Origin: Candidatus Cacconaster equi
GTDB lineage: Bacteria; Bacteroidota; Bacteroidia; Bacteroidales; UBA932
Assembly: GCA_018065895.1 (NCBI GenBank)
Contig: JAGHSK010000001.1
Location: forward strand, 5,834 to 69,833
DNA: 64,000 bases
Direction of reading: 5' to 3'
In this document: positions 18,680-27,976 of the stretch, one piece after another
Layout: each line of letters starts with the position of its first letter
Position numbering within the stretch: position 1 is the first letter of the stretch
Notes under the pieces: generated by a model
What the model was told of the DNA's origin: nothing
Seen by the model: only the letters and a program-made list of their open reading frames with translations
The model's database searches: none
Program-made: the position numbers and the translations under genes

Positions 18680-19612
18680 TTATTTCTTTGACAATATATA
18701 TCGTTCAGCATCAAGCGCCGCGCGACATCCGCTGCCCGCAGCCGCAATCGCCTGTCTGTACTGCGGATCCTGCACGTCACCGGCTGCAAACACCCCTTCG
18801 ACATTTGTCCTTGAACTCCTGCCGTCAGTTACAATATAGCCGTTCTCATCCGTCTCAACCCACTGTTTGAACATATCGGACATCGGATGATGGCCTATCG
18901 CGAGGAAGAAACCGTCTATCTTCCTGTCGAACGTCTCTCCATCCTTACGGACAAGCCTTACACCGGTCACACCGGTCTGATCACCGAGAACCTCCTGAGT
19001 ATTGCACTCCCAAAGGACTTCGATATTCTCCGTTGCCGCCACACGTGACTGCATCGCCTTTGATGCACGCAATTCGTTTCTGCGTACAATCATATAAACC
19101 TTTCTGCAAAGAGATGCCAGGTAAGTGGCCTCTTCACATGCGGTGTCCCCGCCTCCGACCACTGCAACATCCTTGCCGCGATAGAAGAAACCGTCGCAAG
19201 TGGCGCACGCTGAAACTCCCATTCCGCGAAATTTGCTCTCGCTCGGAAGGCCCAGATATTTCGCCGTGGCACCGGTAGCGATAATGACCGTATCAGCCTC
19301 TATCTCCAAGGAACCATCAGCAACGGCCTTGAACGGTCTTGAGGAAAGGTCAATTTCCGAAATGCACCCCGGGCGCACGTCGGCGCCGAGATTCACAGCC
19401 TGCTGACGCATCGAAGCCATAAGTTCATTGGCATCTATTCCCTCAGGATATCCCGGAAAATTCTCTATGAGTGTCGTGGTCGTGAGCTGTCCTCCAGGCT
19501 GGAGTCCCTCAAACAAAATCGGTGAAAGAGCAGACCTGGATGCATATATGGCGGCGGTATATCCCGCAGGACCACTGCCGATTATCAGACATTTTGTGTG
19601 TAGTGCACTCAT
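18680..19612 (-). CDS. trxB: Thioredoxin-disulfide reductase
   Basis: FAD site GSGPAGYTAA, redox-active CATCDG, NADPH site GGGDTACEEA. Confidence 0.95.
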   Translation of the reverse strand: MSALHTKCLIIGSGPAGYTAAIYASRSALSPILFEGLQPGGQLTTTTLIENFPGYPEGIDANELMASMRQQAVNLGADVRPGCISEIDLSSRPFKAVADGSLEIEADTVIIATGATAKYLGLPSESKFRGMGVSACATCDGFFYRGKDVAVVGGGDTACEEATYLASLCRKVYMIVRRNELRASKAMQSRVAATENIEVLWECNTQEVLGDQTGVTGVRLVRKDGETFDRKIDGFFLAIGHHPMSDMFKQWVETDENGYIVTDGRSSRTNVEGVFAAGDVQDPQYRQAIAAAGSGCRAALDAERYILSKK

Positions 19613-19634
19613 TCAGCTGAAATATTTGAAACTG

Positions 19635-19642
19635 CAAATGTA
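19635..19642 (-). promoter_or_regulatory. -7 promoter box for trxB
   Basis: Minus-strand TACATTTG, 22 nt upstream of ATG 19612 and directly after the stop of the upstream gene. Confidence 0.4.
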
Positions 19643-19643
19643 A

Positions 19644-20609
19644 TCATTTTTTGGAAAACTTGTCAGAGATATAAAATTCCAATCTCTGTTCCCACACAAG
19701 AATAATAGCCATCAGCCACCTGCTCAACAGCAGTATCCACCATACTGCACCTGTTGCGGAAAGCAGGATAAGATCTTCAAGGTTGCTGTGTGATATGCAG
19801 ATATGGCTGTCCAGCAGTTTGACGTCACGTTCTGAAAGCGTATTTCGCGACAGGGAGTCGAGAATAGCCGCAGCGCCATAGCCCAGACCTATCACATTCG
19901 CCACTATCCATAGAAAAACCGTCCCTTCCGGAAGTCCGAATACCTTCATCAAAGGTTTGAACACTTTGGCTATCTTATCTATTATTCCAAATTCCTGAAG
20001 CACACGTTGAAGGACATTCAATGCATAGATGATACATATCATCATCACCACAAGCTTCAGTGTCGAGAGGACCCAGGCGCCTAATTGAGGAAGGAAAGCA
20101 CCCCTCTCTGCGACCGCAGCCGCCGAGGCATCCAAAGTTGCTTCCCCGGGGAGGACAAGGTTAAGGCCCACGCCCAGCACAAAGGCGCTCAGTGTCCTGA
20201 CAGCGACCATTCTCACGCCGCTCACGCCGGTTTTCTTGAGGACAGGCGTTTCAAGGAACATCGAATGGGCCGCCATTACCATCGTACTCAATATGGTAAT
20301 GGCCCTCCAGTCGAGGTCAAGTGACGTCATGACCGCAATTGCGGAATACACGTTGACACAGTAGCCGGACACAAAGGCCAGGGCCGTCGATCCAGGCAAT
20401 CCGAAGATGCTGAATACCGGACTGATAAAATCGGAAATGTACGGCAGTATATTGAAATACTTCAGAAGCATCATCGCGAATGAAACTCCTACCGTAATCT
20501 TGATTATCCAGATACAGGTTTTTGTCGTCGATGGGATTATCTCCCTGACGCATCTCTTGAACCTTTCCTTATTAGTCTCTTCCATAGGGAAATCATTTGA
20601 CAAATTCAC
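19644..20609 (-). CDS. Polytopic membrane protein with nucleoside-recognition (Gate) domains, FeoB-membrane-part-like, no G domain
   Basis: About 8 hydrophobic segments and a two-half architecture resembling the FeoB permease portion. Overlaps the upstream Fur-like gene by 17 nt; the alternative ATG at 20585 would remove the overlap. Confidence 0.6.
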   Translation of the reverse strand: MNLSNDFPMEETNKERFKRCVREIIPSTTKTCIWIIKITVGVSFAMMLLKYFNILPYISDFISPVFSIFGLPGSTALAFVSGYCVNVYSAIAVMTSLDLDWRAITILSTMVMAAHSMFLETPVLKKTGVSGVRMVAVRTLSAFVLGVGLNLVLPGEATLDASAAAVAERGAFLPQLGAWVLSTLKLVVMMICIIYALNVLQRVLQEFGIIDKIAKVFKPLMKVFGLPEGTVFLWIVANVIGLGYGAAAILDSLSRNTLSERDVKLLDSHICISHSNLEDLILLSATGAVWWILLLSRWLMAIILVWEQRLEFYISDKFSKK

Positions 20610-21024
20610 CGGTAAAATGCACGTCCACGTGTTCCAGCTGGAAGTTGTGTGGCTTCTTTGCAGCGAAATAGTCCGAAATTATGTGAATCAGCTCGGAGTC
20701 ATCAAAATCCGTGAGTGTATGGCTCTTGACATCATACAAATGGCAGTGGTCGTAGGTATTGACGTCGAAATACATCTTGCTGTTGATGCTCGGACGCCTT
20801 ACGAGCAATCCCGCATCCGCCAGGCATTTCAGGGTGTTGTAAATGGTGGCCAGCGTATATTTACGGTCGGCTTCCCGATCCATCTTCCCTATCTCCGCCA
20901 TCACCATGTCGGCGCAGGCGTGACCGAGCTTCGTCATAGCTTCAAGGATAAGAAGCCTCTGCGACGTCGCTTTCAGCCCGTGTTGATTCAGCAAAGCCCT
21001 GAAATCACGAATTTTTTTCTCCAT
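20593..21024 (-). CDS. Fur-family transcriptional regulator
   Basis: Winged-helix segment ATSQRLLILEAM...TLATIYNTLKCLADAGLL; His-rich DHCHLYD; 143 aa; no paired CxxC motifs. Confidence 0.7.
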   Translation of the reverse strand: MEKKIRDFRALLNQHGLKATSQRLLILEAMTKLGHACADMVMAEIGKMDREADRKYTLATIYNTLKCLADAGLLVRRPSINSKMYFDVNTYDHCHLYDVKSHTLTDFDDSELIHIISDYFAAKKPHNFQLEHVDVHFTGEFVK

Positions 21025-21027
21025 AGA

Positions 21028-21804
21028 TTATTTTGCACTGCGTCCGGCAATGAGTTGTTCGGCCAGTTCAGGAGCATTGGTAGTGATGAAGTCCACTCCC
21101 ATATCAAGCATTTCAGTTATCTGCTCCTCCTTGTTCACTGTCCACGCATTGCATATCATTCCGAGGGAATGAGCCTCCTCAACCCACTCCGGATGCTTCT
21201 CAAAGACGGTGTAATGGTAATCAATTCCATTGATTCCCATCTCCTTGAGCTCTGCAGGCGCAATTTCGCCTCCAAGGTACTCAACCATCATGGCAGGAAT
21301 CCTGCGGGCCATCTCCTGACAAGCCGTGAGGCTGAAGGATATGAAATCGGTGCGTTCAATAAGGTTGCGCTGCTCAAGCTTCTCAATCAGCAAAGGAATG
21401 GCACGTGCCTCATACGCGGAATCCCCCTCGCTCTTGAGCTCAAACACGAGCTGAAGGTCAGGATATTCGCAAAAGAGGTCAAGATAACTGTCAAGTGTAG
21501 GAATGACCTCCCCGTTGGCCAGGGTGGAGTCCTTTATCGCCTCATAAGTGTTCTCAGCGATAAGGATATCGTGGAAAGTGAAGTCGTGGTTGACTACAAG
21601 AACGTCGTCACTGGTGAGGTTCACATCGAATTCACTGCCATAAAAGCCGTGTTCACCGGCCTGACGGAGTGCTTCCAACGAGTTCTGGGCACTGCCCTCA
21701 ATATCCCAATATCCGCGGTGAGCCACAACCTGCGGGCCTGCCGGCTGTTGCTTACAGGAAATAACCGCCATCAGAACGATGGCCGACAAAAACAATTTTT
21801 TCAT
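21028..21804 (-). CDS. Glycerophosphodiester phosphodiesterase (lipoprotein)
   Basis: VAHRGYW...ENSLEA and FDVNLT motifs. Start set at ATG 21804 (MKKLFLSAIVLMAVISC, lipobox) rather than the ORF-track start at 21870. Confidence 0.8.
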   Translation of the reverse strand: MKKLFLSAIVLMAVISCKQQPAGPQVVAHRGYWDIEGSAQNSLEALRQAGEHGFYGSEFDVNLTSDDVLVVNHDFTFHDILIAENTYEAIKDSTLANGEVIPTLDSYLDLFCEYPDLQLVFELKSEGDSAYEARAIPLLIEKLEQRNLIERTDFISFSLTACQEMARRIPAMMVEYLGGEIAPAELKEMGINGIDYHYTVFEKHPEWVEEAHSLGMICNAWTVNKEEQITEMLDMGVDFITTNAPELAEQLIAGRSAK

Positions 21805-21824
21805 AGCGAAAGGTTTATATGCCA

Positions 21825-21832
21825 CAAAGATA
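21825..21832 (-). promoter_or_regulatory. -7 promoter box for GDPD/Fur-like/Gate-protein unit
   Basis: Minus-strand TATCTTTG, 20 nt upstream of ATG 21804. Confidence 0.4.
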
Positions 21833-21889
21833 GAAAATTTCATAAAATGTTTTTTATCTTTATGGTTCAAACGCCAATATCCTTACAAA

Positions 21890-22549
21890 ATGAAATTTTT
21901 CAAGCTGTTCACTCTTGCAACAATGGTAGCAATCACCTCATCCTGCAACTCAGGAAACGGAAACACCGCATTCTGGAATTCCCTTCTCGACAAATATGCA
22001 AAGAACCCGGAGGTAAACCAGATACTGCTCGTCAAATGCACTCAGGGATATGATGCCGAGGCTTATTTCTATGTAAAGGACGCATCGGGGAAATGGGAGC
22101 TGCAGCGCAGCAGCGACGCCCAACTCGGAAAGAACGGACTTGGAAAACAGGTCGACGGAGACATGAAGACTCCTGAAGGTGAATTCGGAATACGCTGCGC
22201 CTTCGGCATCCTGCCGAACCCCGGCACATCGATAGAATACATAGACGTTACCCCTTCCGTATATGGCTGCAGCGATGACTGCCAATATTACAACCAGATT
22301 ATCGACACATCTGCCGTGCACCACGAATGTCACGGGGAGCATATGATAGAAATTGCCCCGGACTACAACTACGGAATGTCAATAGACTACAACCACGACA
22401 ACACCGCAGGTCTGGGCAATTCAATATTTCTTCACGGAAAGGGCGCATACCCGTACACTGAGGGATGCGTTGCAATCGACGAGGACTTTATGAAAGAAAT
22501 TCTTGTCAAATCTGACAAGAATTTCAAAATATGCATCTACAACAAGTAA
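21890..22549 (+). CDS. L,D-transpeptidase-family (YkuD-like) lipoprotein
   Basis: Start set at ATG 21890 (MKFFKLFTLATMVAITSSC, lipobox); catalytic-type motif FLHGKG...YTEGCVAI. Confidence 0.7.
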   Translation: MKFFKLFTLATMVAITSSCNSGNGNTAFWNSLLDKYAKNPEVNQILLVKCTQGYDAEAYFYVKDASGKWELQRSSDAQLGKNGLGKQVDGDMKTPEGEFGIRCAFGILPNPGTSIEYIDVTPSVYGCSDDCQYYNQIIDTSAVHHECHGEHMIEIAPDYNYGMSIDYNHDNTAGLGNSIFLHGKGAYPYTEGCVAIDEDFMKEILVKSDKNFKICIYNK

Positions 22550-22550
22550 C

Positions 22551-23222
22551 TTATTTTGCAAGAGCGGCCATTGCCTTGGCGAGGTTCTTGCCGTATTGAC
22601 GGAGACGGTCCCTGTCGCCGTATCCGACATTGTTGCCTCTCAAGTAATTGAGGTCGAAAGCGGCAACTACGTTCTGAGTACCGTGCTCATATACGTACAT
22701 TATGCCCTTGGCGATATTGCCACCTGCCTTGACTGATCCGACAGCCACAAAATGTCCCATGTCAAAAAGTGCGAGTTTTATGACAACATCATACTTCTTT
22801 TCAACATTCGCGAACTCGGGAATATCGGATATCTCGGGGATTTCAGGGACTTCGGGATAGAATTCCACCTTAAGCTTCTTGTTCATCTGGACACAGGTGT
22901 TGACCACAAGTTGCATCAGGCACTCCGGCCAGTCCCTTACAAAATCCTCCCCGTGGCTGGCGTTGTAGTCATCAATCGAGCCGAAATCCTTGATGACAGT
23001 CTTGTTGTCTCTGTCGAAATTTACAATATGCGCTTGACTGAAATCGTATGTCAGAGAGCAGGCAATGCCCTTTTCGTTGAAAATAGAAGGACTTCCTGAA
23101 ATCACGCCGACAGCATCAAGTTCTTTTGTTCCTTCATACATGAGGTCAGAATTCTGGGCTGAAACGTTGTGGCTCACCGCAATGGCAGCAAAGACCGCAA
23201 TCATTGAGAAAATTTTCTTCAT
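22551..23222 (-). CDS. Secreted hypothetical protein
   Basis: Signal peptide MKKIFSMIAVFAAIAVSHNVSAQ; no family recognised. The ORF-track N-terminus runs into tRNA-Phe, so the start is set at ATG 23222. Confidence 0.5.
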   Translation of the reverse strand: MKKIFSMIAVFAAIAVSHNVSAQNSDLMYEGTKELDAVGVISGSPSIFNEKGIACSLTYDFSQAHIVNFDRDNKTVIKDFGSIDDYNASHGEDFVRDWPECLMQLVVNTCVQMNKKLKVEFYPEVPEIPEISDIPEFANVEKKYDVVIKLALFDMGHFVAVGSVKAGGNIAKGIMYVYEHGTQNVVAAFDLNYLRGNNVGYGDRDRLRQYGKNLAKAMAALAK

Positions 23223-23282
23223 ATCTGTGTACTTTGACGAACTTATACAAAAAGAGGAGTTGCTTTCGTAACTCCCCTCCAG

Positions 23283-23355
23283 TGGTGCCACCGGGAATTG
23301 AACCAGGGACACAAGGATTTTCAGTCCTTTGCTCTACCAACTGAGCTATGGCACC
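23283..23355 (-). tRNA. tRNA-Phe (anticodon GAA)
   Basis: 73-nt cloverleaf read on the minus strand: acceptor GGTGCCA/TGGCACC, D arm GCTCAGTTGGTAGAGC, anticodon loop CTGAAAA, T loop TTCAATT. There is one U-C mismatch in the T stem and no encoded CCA. Confidence 0.9.
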
Positions 23356-23401
23356 ATTTCATTCCGCCGGACGGCTCAAAGCCGAATTCCAAACGGGAAT
23401 G

Positions 23402-23409
23402 CAAAGGTA
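23402..23409 (-). promoter_or_regulatory. -7 promoter box for tRNA-Phe
   Basis: Minus-strand TACCTTTG, 46 nt upstream of the tRNA 5' end. Confidence 0.35.
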
Positions 23410-23453
23410 TATTTTTATTCTTTATCTGCAAAAAAAAATATTAATTTCGCACG

Positions 23454-25451
23454 ATGACTGACTCAAAAAAATATGTGGAAGTGCTTTTGCCGCTCAAGCT
23501 GGCAGGTACCCTTACCTACTGCGTCCCTCAGGAAGTTGAGGACGACATCCGGCAGGGAACCTGGGTCAGAGTCATATTGAGAGCAAAGCAATATACCGGC
23601 ATAGTTCTGGGCGTCAGCAACTCAGCTCCATCCGACATTCCTGCCGGGAAGATACTGCCTCTGGAGGAAGTCATCGACAGAGCGCCTGTACAGGCTTCAG
23701 AAATAAGGTTCTGGAAGGAACTCTCGGAATACTATATGTGCACTGCCGGAGAGGTCTTCCGCGCGGCATACACCGTTTTCCTGAAAGATGCGCCATCCGC
23801 CAAAAGGCGGAGGAAGAAAGAAGGTAATCGCGAAACGCCGCAAAACGTTCAGTCTGAACTGTCCGAAGCCCAATCGGAAGCTTACGCGGCAATCAAGGAA
23901 GCTTTCAGCCGCGGCAAAAGGGTCCTTCTCCACGGAGTTACCGGTTCCGGCAAGACCGAAATATACACGCATCTTGCCTCGGAGCAACTGAATAAGGGAA
24001 AGCAAGTACTCTATCTCGTGCCGGAAATAGCTGTCTCAAAGCAATTGCAGACAAGGCTGGAAAAGTGTTTCGGAAACAGGCTTCTGACATTTCATTCAAA
24101 AATGACCTCAGCCTCACGGAGAAGTGTCATAGAGGCGCTCTCCGGATCAGGCGGCCCATATATCGTTTTGGGGACCCGCTCCGCAGTCCTGCTGCCTTTC
24201 TCAAATCTCGGTCTGATAGTGGTCGATGAAGAGCACGACCAGTCGTACAAACAGGTCGACCCGGCTCCGCGATACAACGGACGTGATGCAGCAATGATGC
24301 TCTCGGCAATCCACAATTCCTCCATGTTGTTGGGAAGCGCCACTCCTTCATACGAATCACTTTATAATGCGGCCGACGGAAAACTCGTAAAAGTTGACCT
24401 CGCGCAGAAATTTTACAACAACGTACCTCCTGTTGTCAGGATAATAGACACCAACAGGGAAAGAAGACTTCGCAATATGCGCGGAGACTTCTCGGCATCT
24501 CTTCTCAAGGAGATGAAAAACACATTGGAACGCGGCGGCCAGATTCTGGTCTTCCGTTCAAGAAGAGCCTATGCTCCGTTTGTACAGTGTACGGAGTGCG
24601 GGGACGTGCCCAAATGTCCCAGATGCGACGTTACGTTGAGCTATCACAAATACAACAATTCCCTCTCGTGCCATTACTGCGGTTACAGGGAGCCGTTCAC
24701 CACCCGCTGCAAGAGCTGCTCTGAGCCGGCCCTCGCCCTAAGGGGAGCAGGTACGGAAAAAATTGAAGAGGAGCTCCAGGAATTGTTCCCTGACAAGGCC
24801 ATTGCACGTTTCGATTCGGAAACAACTGCAAGCAAAAGCCGCGAGGAGAAGATGATACGCGATTTCGCCGCCCACAGGATCGACATTCTTGTAGGTACTC
24901 AAATGATAACCAAGGGCTTCGACTTCGAAAGGCTCGAACTTGTCGTACTGATGAACGCCGACAGCCTTTTCGCCGTACAGGACTTCAGGAGTGACGAAAG
25001 AGCCGCACAACTCATCACGCAGCTTCTCGGAAGAGCCGGGCGACGCGACACCCCCGGGCGTATCGTAATCCAAACGGCGCAGCCGGAACATCCTGTCTTG
25101 AGCGGAACGCTCTCCGAAGCGGACAAACTCAAGGAACGGGCATTGTTCAGATATCCCCCTTACGTCAGATTGCTCACCATTACGGTGAAGGATAAGAATG
25201 AGGGGAGGCTTTGGAACGCCTGCAGGATGATAGACGATGCGGCACGCAGATGCGGCATAAGCGAAATCTCCGGTCCCGTAGCTCCTGCAATTTCCACGAT
25301 TGACGGGACCAGCATTCGTGAATTCTGGATAAAGTTCGACAAGGCAAAGAGTTCCAAAGGCATAAAAGCCGCCCTTCTCAGGGAGTTATGGAACATAGAA
25401 AAAGAACTCAAAGGCGGCTCAATCATCATTCCGGACGTCGATCCGATATAA
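23454..25451 (+). CDS. priA: Primosomal protein N' (replication restart helicase PriA)
   Basis: Walker A GVTGSGKTE, DEEHD box, Cys-rich zinc region CTECGDVPKCPRCD...CHYCG. Confidence 0.9.
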   Translation: MTDSKKYVEVLLPLKLAGTLTYCVPQEVEDDIRQGTWVRVILRAKQYTGIVLGVSNSAPSDIPAGKILPLEEVIDRAPVQASEIRFWKELSEYYMCTAGEVFRAAYTVFLKDAPSAKRRRKKEGNRETPQNVQSELSEAQSEAYAAIKEAFSRGKRVLLHGVTGSGKTEIYTHLASEQLNKGKQVLYLVPEIAVSKQLQTRLEKCFGNRLLTFHSKMTSASRRSVIEALSGSGGPYIVLGTRSAVLLPFSNLGLIVVDEEHDQSYKQVDPAPRYNGRDAAMMLSAIHNSSMLLGSATPSYESLYNAADGKLVKVDLAQKFYNNVPPVVRIIDTNRERRLRNMRGDFSASLLKEMKNTLERGGQILVFRSRRAYAPFVQCTECGDVPKCPRCDVTLSYHKYNNSLSCHYCGYREPFTTRCKSCSEPALALRGAGTEKIEEELQELFPDKAIARFDSETTASKSREEKMIRDFAAHRIDILVGTQMITKGFDFERLELVVLMNADSLFAVQDFRSDERAAQLITQLLGRAGRRDTPGRIVIQTAQPEHPVLSGTLSEADKLKERALFRYPPYVRLLTITVKDKNEGRLWNACRMIDDAARRCGISEISGPVAPAISTIDGTSIREFWIKFDKAKSSKGIKAALLRELWNIEKELKGGSIIIPDVDPI

Positions 25452-25478
25452 AGGTATCTACAATTGGGAATTATTGCG

Positions 25479-25486
25479 TATTTTTG
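25479..25486 (+). promoter_or_regulatory. -7 promoter box for yfhO operon
   Basis: TATTTTTG, 27 nt before ATG 25514. Confidence 0.4.
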
Positions 25487-25513
25487 TAGAATAATTCGCA
25501 TTTTCGGAGCGCT

Positions 25514-27958
25514 ATGAAGCAATTTATGACAAAATACGGCGGTTATTTTGCAATCGCGGCCCTTTTTTTAATACTGGCATACGTTTATTGCAAACCCGAA
25601 CTTTCCGGAAAGGTACTCCAGTCATCCGATGACATCAATGCCATTTCGGCCGTTCACGAAGCCACGACGCATGACAAGGCCGATGGAGAGTATGGATTCT
25701 GGAACAGTTCAATGTTCAGCGGAATGCCGAATTATCAGATTGGAGGCGGTCATTATAAATCCACCGATCTCATAGCTCCTTTCTCTAACTTCCTGCAGCG
25801 TGGTCCGAAACATCCCGCATGGATTCTGATATTCTATTTCATCAGTTTCTTCATTCTTCTAAGATCTTTCGGAATTGAAAAATGGCTCTCCGCGGTCGGT
25901 GCTGTGGCAGTGGCTCTGTCATCCTATTTCATTGTCATCATTGCCGCAGGCCACGGAGGAAAAACCATAGCAATATCGTACATAACCCTTGTGGCAGCAG
26001 GTTTCTATTTGATTTACCGGAAGAAATACGGCATAGGAGCCATCTTTACGATGTTCTTCACCTGCATAGGATTCAGTATCCATCCGCAGATGGCTTACTA
26101 TCTATTTATGATGATCGGCATCTTCTTCCTTGCTGAATTATGGATTCACCTGAAGGAGAAGAGATACAGGGACCTCATCGTAGCAACAATCATTTTCGCC
26201 GTATCGCTCGGCATAGGATTCGGAACACGCTGCTCCAACGTTTTTGCAAACAAGGAATATGCGGAGCAGACTATGCGCGGCGGCCACTCCGACCTTGTCA
26301 GGGATGGCGATGATGCCTCAAAGGTGAAAAACAACGGTCTCGACATAGAATACGCCACACAGTGGAGCTATGGCCTTGACGAAAGTTTCAGTTTCCTGAT
26401 ACCGGGGTTCAAAGGCGGTTCATCCAATTACAATGCAGGCACCAAATCACAGACATACAAAGAGATAATTTCCCACGGATATCCTCCTCGCACAGCTGCC
26501 GATTTCTGCGCCAATCTCCCGATGTACTGGGGCGACCAGCCGTTCACTGCGGGGAACGTGTATATGGGGGCCATAGTGTGTTTCCTCTTCATTCTCGGGC
26601 TGCTGATTGTCAAAGGCCCTTACAAGTGGGCGCTTCTTGCCGCAACACTTTTCTCCGTAATGCTTGCCTGGGGCAGCAATTTCATGTGGCTGACCGAACT
26701 GTTCTTCAACCACTTTCCTTTATATAACAAATTCAGGGCAGTCTCCTCAATTCTGATAGTCGCTGAAATTTCGATGCCGCTTCTGGGATTTCTGGCAGTC
26801 AAGGAAATCATGGACGGGAAATGCGACAGGCGGCAGATAGAGAAAAACATCCTCATTTCAGGAGGAATCACTGCGGGACTCTGCCTGATATTTGCCATTT
26901 TCGGAAGTTCCATCTACAGCTTCATATCTCCGTCAGACGCAATGTATGCGCAGCAGATGCCTGACTGGCTTTATGCTTCCATAGTGAACGAACGCGCAGC
27001 TCTTTTGAAAAGCGACTCCTGGAGAAGTTTCCTGTTCATTGCAGCAGCGGTCGCTCTGATGTTTGCATACAACCGACAGAAAATCAAGAGCAGATGGATG
27101 GTAGCCGTTCTGGGCGTGCTGGTGATTGCAGACATGTGGCCCGTTGACCGCAGATATTTCAACGACGACAATTTCATCAGTCCGCGTCAGAGCAACAACG
27201 TATATGCAATGCAGCCATACGAGGAGTTGATTTCAAACGATCCTGACCCTCACTTCAGGGTGATGAACCTCTGCACGAATACGTTCAATGACGGAAGAAC
27301 CTCCTACTACCTCAAGTCGGTCGGAGGATACTGCGCGGCCAAACTGAGGAGATATCAGGACCTGATTGACGAGCATCTCTCAAAGATGCATCTGCCTGTT
27401 ATCAGTATGCTCAACGCAAAATACCTGATAGTTCAGGATGAACAGGGACAGCCTGCCGCTCAGGTTAACCCTTATGCAATGGGCAATGCCTGGTTCGTCG
27501 ATTCTCTCGTAATTGCCGATACCCCAAACATTGAAAGTGATGCTCTCAACAACATCGATCTGGCAACAACTGCCGTTGTTGGCAACGATTTCAAGGATTT
27601 TGCGGAAAGTGCCGTTCAAGGACACGACGATCAAGCTCAGGTCACTCTCACGAAATTCACCCCGAGATTCATAGATTACGAGTACTCAGCCTCGAAGGAG
27701 GGTACGATCATATTCTCTGAAATATACTACCCTTACGGATGGAAAGCATCGATAGACGGCCAGCCAGCCGGACATTTCCGGGCAGACTATCTGCTCAGGG
27801 CGATGAACGTTCCGTCAGGAAGCCACAAGATACATTTCGAATTCGACCCTGACAGTGTGCGGACAGGCGACACGATAGCTACCATATGCATTCTTGTAAT
27901 GTATGCCATTATGGTTGCTCTGATTGCCGTCGCAGTTGTCAGACGCAGGAGAAGTTGA
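25514..27958 (+). CDS. YfhO-family polytopic membrane protein (GT-C-like glycosyltransferase candidate)
   Basis: 814 aa. The N-terminal ~500 aa hold many TM segments, followed by a large soluble C-terminal domain and a final TM anchor. This overall architecture is typical of YfhO-family proteins. Confidence 0.7.
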   Translation: MKQFMTKYGGYFAIAALFLILAYVYCKPELSGKVLQSSDDINAISAVHEATTHDKADGEYGFWNSSMFSGMPNYQIGGGHYKSTDLIAPFSNFLQRGPKHPAWILIFYFISFFILLRSFGIEKWLSAVGAVAVALSSYFIVIIAAGHGGKTIAISYITLVAAGFYLIYRKKYGIGAIFTMFFTCIGFSIHPQMAYYLFMMIGIFFLAELWIHLKEKRYRDLIVATIIFAVSLGIGFGTRCSNVFANKEYAEQTMRGGHSDLVRDGDDASKVKNNGLDIEYATQWSYGLDESFSFLIPGFKGGSSNYNAGTKSQTYKEIISHGYPPRTAADFCANLPMYWGDQPFTAGNVYMGAIVCFLFILGLLIVKGPYKWALLAATLFSVMLAWGSNFMWLTELFFNHFPLYNKFRAVSSILIVAEISMPLLGFLAVKEIMDGKCDRRQIEKNILISGGITAGLCLIFAIFGSSIYSFISPSDAMYAQQMPDWLYASIVNERAALLKSDSWRSFLFIAAAVALMFAYNRQKIKSRWMVAVLGVLVIADMWPVDRRYFNDDNFISPRQSNNVYAMQPYEELISNDPDPHFRVMNLCTNTFNDGRTSYYLKSVGGYCAAKLRRYQDLIDEHLSKMHLPVISMLNAKYLIVQDEQGQPAAQVNPYAMGNAWFVDSLVIADTPNIESDALNNIDLATTAVVGNDFKDFAESAVQGHDDQAQVTLTKFTPRFIDYEYSASKEGTIIFSEIYYPYGWKASIDGQPAGHFRADYLLRAMNVPSGSHKIHFEFDPDSVRTGDTIATICILVMYAIMVALIAVAVVRRRRS

Positions 27959-27976
27959 TTCAATACATCAGGTATC

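Noticed and set aside
20407-22053. A very long (548-aa) ORF on the plus strand, antisense to the Fur-like and glycerophosphodiesterase genes.
   Set aside because: It is the codon-aligned antisense frame of both minus-strand genes (all three share the same coordinate phase, nt mod 3 = 1). It therefore stays open simply because those genes contain no TTA, CTA or TCA codons. Many other 200-290-aa antisense ORFs in this window (for example 35999..36700, 62515..63252, 12186..12818) show this is a codon-usage effect. The translation has no recognisable motifs, no promoter box and no SD, whereas the overlapped genes have clear family signatures. A proteomic or ribosome-profiling signal on the plus strand would be needed to revive it.
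22815-22857. A repetitive DNA stretch encoding YPEVPEIPEISDIPEF in the secreted hypothetical protein.
   Set aside because: It is a short in-frame P-E-[VI] linker-like repeat inside a coding region. There is no evidence of phase-variable length, such as a homopolymer or a perfect tandem unit.
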